NCBI RefSeq assembly: GCF_004010195.1 | Contig: NC_057718.1 | Location: forward strand, 65,844,770-65,908,769 | Length of the DNA: 64,000 nucleotides | Direction of reading: 5' to 3' | Origin: Chiloscyllium plagiosum | Taxonomy: Eukaryota | Shown here: positions 60,901 to 64,000 of the stretch, piece by piece | Numbering within the stretch: position 1 is the stretch's first letter | Layout of the letters: every line of letters begins with the position of its first letter | The notes under the pieces: model-generated | Told to the model about the DNA's origin: nothing | What the model saw: the letters and a program-made list of their open reading frames with translations, nothing else | Database searches by the model: none | Made by a program: the position numbers and the translations under genes

Positions 60901-63480
60901 GTGGTGGAGAAGCCAAAGGAAAAACAGGGAACTGAGGAGTTAAAAGACAAATACCCTGGAATTTTTCAAGACTCTGTAATAACAAGATCCCACTGTCATA
61001 AGCCACAGCAAGAAGGAAAAACTAAAGAGAAAGATGAAGGAATTGAGGTTCAGTTAGCGGACACCTTGTTTGACGTAATGTACAGGAAAAACCTGAACAG
61101 GCAGAAGTGTTTAGTCTTGAAAACTAATGAGCATGCAAAAGATAGAAGAGACAATAAAAGTTATATGTGTTGCTGAGTATTCAGAAAAGGAGGCAGAGAA
61201 TATTCCTGAGGGTTATTACCTCAAAAATAGAATCCTAAGATGAAAATGCAGATGACAGCAGGTTAGTGCAGAGGACAAATGGGCAGAAGTGCGCAGATTG
61301 TGTTGCCGGCAGCATACAGACAGGAAGTTTTACGAGTAGCACATGAACTACCTGTAGGAGGTCACCTACGTGTACAGGAGACTCAGGCGAAGGTACAAAA
61401 GCATTTCTAATGGCCTGGAATGCACAAGAATGTGGTCAACTTTTGCCGTACATGTTATACATGTCAAATGGTAGGTAAGCCACAGGCGGTAATAGAACCA
61501 GCATCTTTGTTGCCAATTGCCACGTTCGAAGAACCCTTTTACGCGTGTTATGGGTTGATTGTGTAGGTCCCTTCCCGAGAACTGAAAGTGGGAACCAGTA
61601 CTTGTTAACCATAATGGATGCGTCTACCAGATTTCTGGAGGCAATTCCATTATGGAGTATTAAGGCAAAAAGGATGGTAGAAGAGTTAGTAGCTTTCGTC
61701 ACATGGTATAAGCTACCCAGAGAGATTCAGTCAGACCATGGGTCTAATTTTACTGCAACGCTGTTTAAGGAAGTCATGGATAGCTTAGGTATACAGCACC
61801 TTAAATCAAGTGTGCATCATCCTGAATGGAAAGGTGGCATCAGATCCTGAAGACCATGTTGAGAGTATATTGTCAGGATTACCCAAATGATTGGGATAAA
61901 GGTATCCCATTCGTATTGTTTGCCATTAGAGATGCCTCAAATGAATCATAGGGAATGCTGTTCTGATAAAACAACACCCCGACAAGCTTAATCCTTTCAA
62001 AGCCAGACAGGTTCAGAAGGAAGTGGAGGTGATGCTCAACAAAGATATCATTGAACCGAGTTACAGCGAATGGAGTTCACTGTTCGTGTTAGTTCCCACA
62101 GCTGATGGACTCGATGATTTTGTGTGGATTATCAAAAGGTCAATGCCATAACAAAACCGGACTCATACTGAGATTGGAGGACTGTATAGAGAAAGTTGGA
62201 CAAATCACAATGTTTAACTTACTGCATGGTTATGGGCAGGTACCTTTATCGGAGAAAACAAAAGAAATTTCTGTGTTTGTAACCCCAAATGGGCTAAATC
62301 AATTCAAACTTTGGAATGAAGAACACACCCACCTCATTCCAAAGACTCATGAACAGAGTTGTGGCTGAGTTAGCAAACTATGCCATCTATTTGGATGATG
62401 TAGTGATCTTTAGTGACTCCTGGAAAGGTCACACAGTACAGTTAGCAGAGTTCTTTGAATGATTAAGAGAAGCAAAACTGGCAATAAATTTACAGAAAAC
62501 AGAATTTGCGAAAGTAGAGGTGACATTCTTGCAACATGACATCATTCAAGGTTGACTCCAAGGAACGCAGAGATGAAGAATTTCCATGATCAACCTCGAA
62601 TAAAGAGGTGCTTCAATTTTTGAGACAAAGCAGATTCTACTGGAAGTTTGTTCCAAACTTCAGCAGTCTAATGGCACCATTAACTTAGATTAATGTCCTA
62701 TGTATGTAATGTTAATGTAGTTAAGAAATAGAAAAAAAAGCCATCTTTTCATTATTTTGGTTTGGGGAGGTGTTGTGGAGTTGAAGGCATGTACTGTACC
62801 TTTGAGAAAGAGTGAAAGTTGAAAAGTTGGCAAACCTGTCATGTGACTGACTGTAGGCACAGTGTGTGCTGGATAATTTGAAGATTTAACATTTGAGATG
62901 TAGCTCAGGTACTGAGTTGTTTACACAACAATTTGAATTCAACCACTCAGGTTAAAAATGCCCCAAGTTATTAATGCCCAATCGAATTTGAATTTTACTG
63001 TTTTGACAACATCAAACCAATGAGATGATCCAATGTTTTGGGGTATAAAAGCAGGCATTTTGGACAGTTAGCTGGAGAAAGAGCACCTTCTGCTATCAAA
63101 CGGCTGCTATTTAAACACATTCTCTGTGAAAGGTACCTTTTTCATATGAAACATCTTTGCAGCAGAAGACCGAAGATAACCAAGGAAGATACAGAGGAGG
63201 ATCGACACACTGGCTGGTTTTGAAAATTGATTTTCTGTAAATTTAATAGAGGCTTTATTGGATCAGTATATTGTTATAGAGTGGGAGATGGATACATTGT
63301 GAAGACAAAGTTGTTGTTTAATGTCCTCTTTTGGAGTTAAAGAATAAATTGTTAATTTTTTTCTTTAAATAGTGGAATTTAGGTAGTTCTCTGTCACTCA
63401 TTCTTTAACAGATTATGAGGTGAGGTAAGGTTTTCTGTGTGTTTGTTCAATGAGCAGAAGGGTTTCCCCGTGTTGTAACA
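60896..63480 (+). mobile_element. Second Gmr1-like Gypsy copy, 5'-truncated with internal deletions (INT, RT, PPT, 3' LTR)
   Basis: VDCVGP...YLLTIMD..TRF.EAIPL...IQSDHGSNF integrase precedes RT (LEDCIEKVG, IYLDD). Purine tract GGGGAGG is followed by an LTR TGTT...AACA at 62771-63480 homologous to 58250-59043. Confidence 0.9.
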
Positions 63481-64000
63481 CCTATTAATTCCTCAAAATA
63501 TTTATTTTGAGATGGAGGAAGAAATCCAATTTGCCAGGTACACATCTAACGTTTACTTTGGATTTCTGAAATGCTGAGCTTCTTTATCTGATTGAAGTTG
63601 ATTTAGGAAAGCAAAGTTAATTCCAATGAGTTGTGTTTAATGAGATTCTACTGTATGTACAAGCTTCTCAGCATCTGCTGTTAACCTCTTGCCACATAAA
63701 TAAAATCTTCTCATTTCATCATGGAATTTTTAAAATCTATTATCTTAGATCTTAATCCTGCATTTACTGACCTTGAAGCTAATGAAAACAATTTTTACAA
63801 ATTTACTTCATCAAAACCACTCACACTTTTGAATACTCCCATAATTACCGAGAAGATCTAAGCTTCTTCAGTCACTTTATGCAATGGCCTAATCATCTCA
63901 CTCCTCATCTTTGGCACTTTTCTAGTTAATCTCCTCCATAACCCTTTAAAATTCATGTCATTTGTCCTAAATTTGATGCTAGTATTGGGGACACAATAAT

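Overview
Eukaryotic, repeat-dense vertebrate DNA. The repeat complement (HE1/V-SINE-like tRNA SINEs, abundant CR1 LINEs, Penelope-like elements) points to a cartilaginous fish, probably a shark; this is inference. One host gene is present on the + strand: the last three coding exons (8432-8786, 36169-36356, 43165-43287) of an IPCEF1/CNKSR-family scaffold protein. They have phase-compatible GT-AG junctions and a polyA signal near 43974. Everything else is intronic or intergenic and is dominated by decayed or nested transposons: CR1 LINEs, GIY-YIG Penelope-like elements (PLEs), two Gmr1-type Gypsy LTR elements (integrase before RT), Harbinger remnants, a Tigger-like MITE and SINEs. There is one assembly gap (12515-13485). 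Most notable observations: (1) the host stop codon (TAG) is followed in frame by 25 codons ending in a PDZ-ligand-like SYVKTDI, so it could be readthrough or a recent nonsense change; (2) about 16 PLE termini from three families carry minimal hammerhead-ribozyme motifs with palindromic stem III, many as short TSD-flanked fold-back insertions that break at the ribozyme 5' edge; (3) one such insertion captured a copy of its own target flank. Repeat boundaries are approximate unless a TSD is given. Homology calls come from motif recognition, not database searches.
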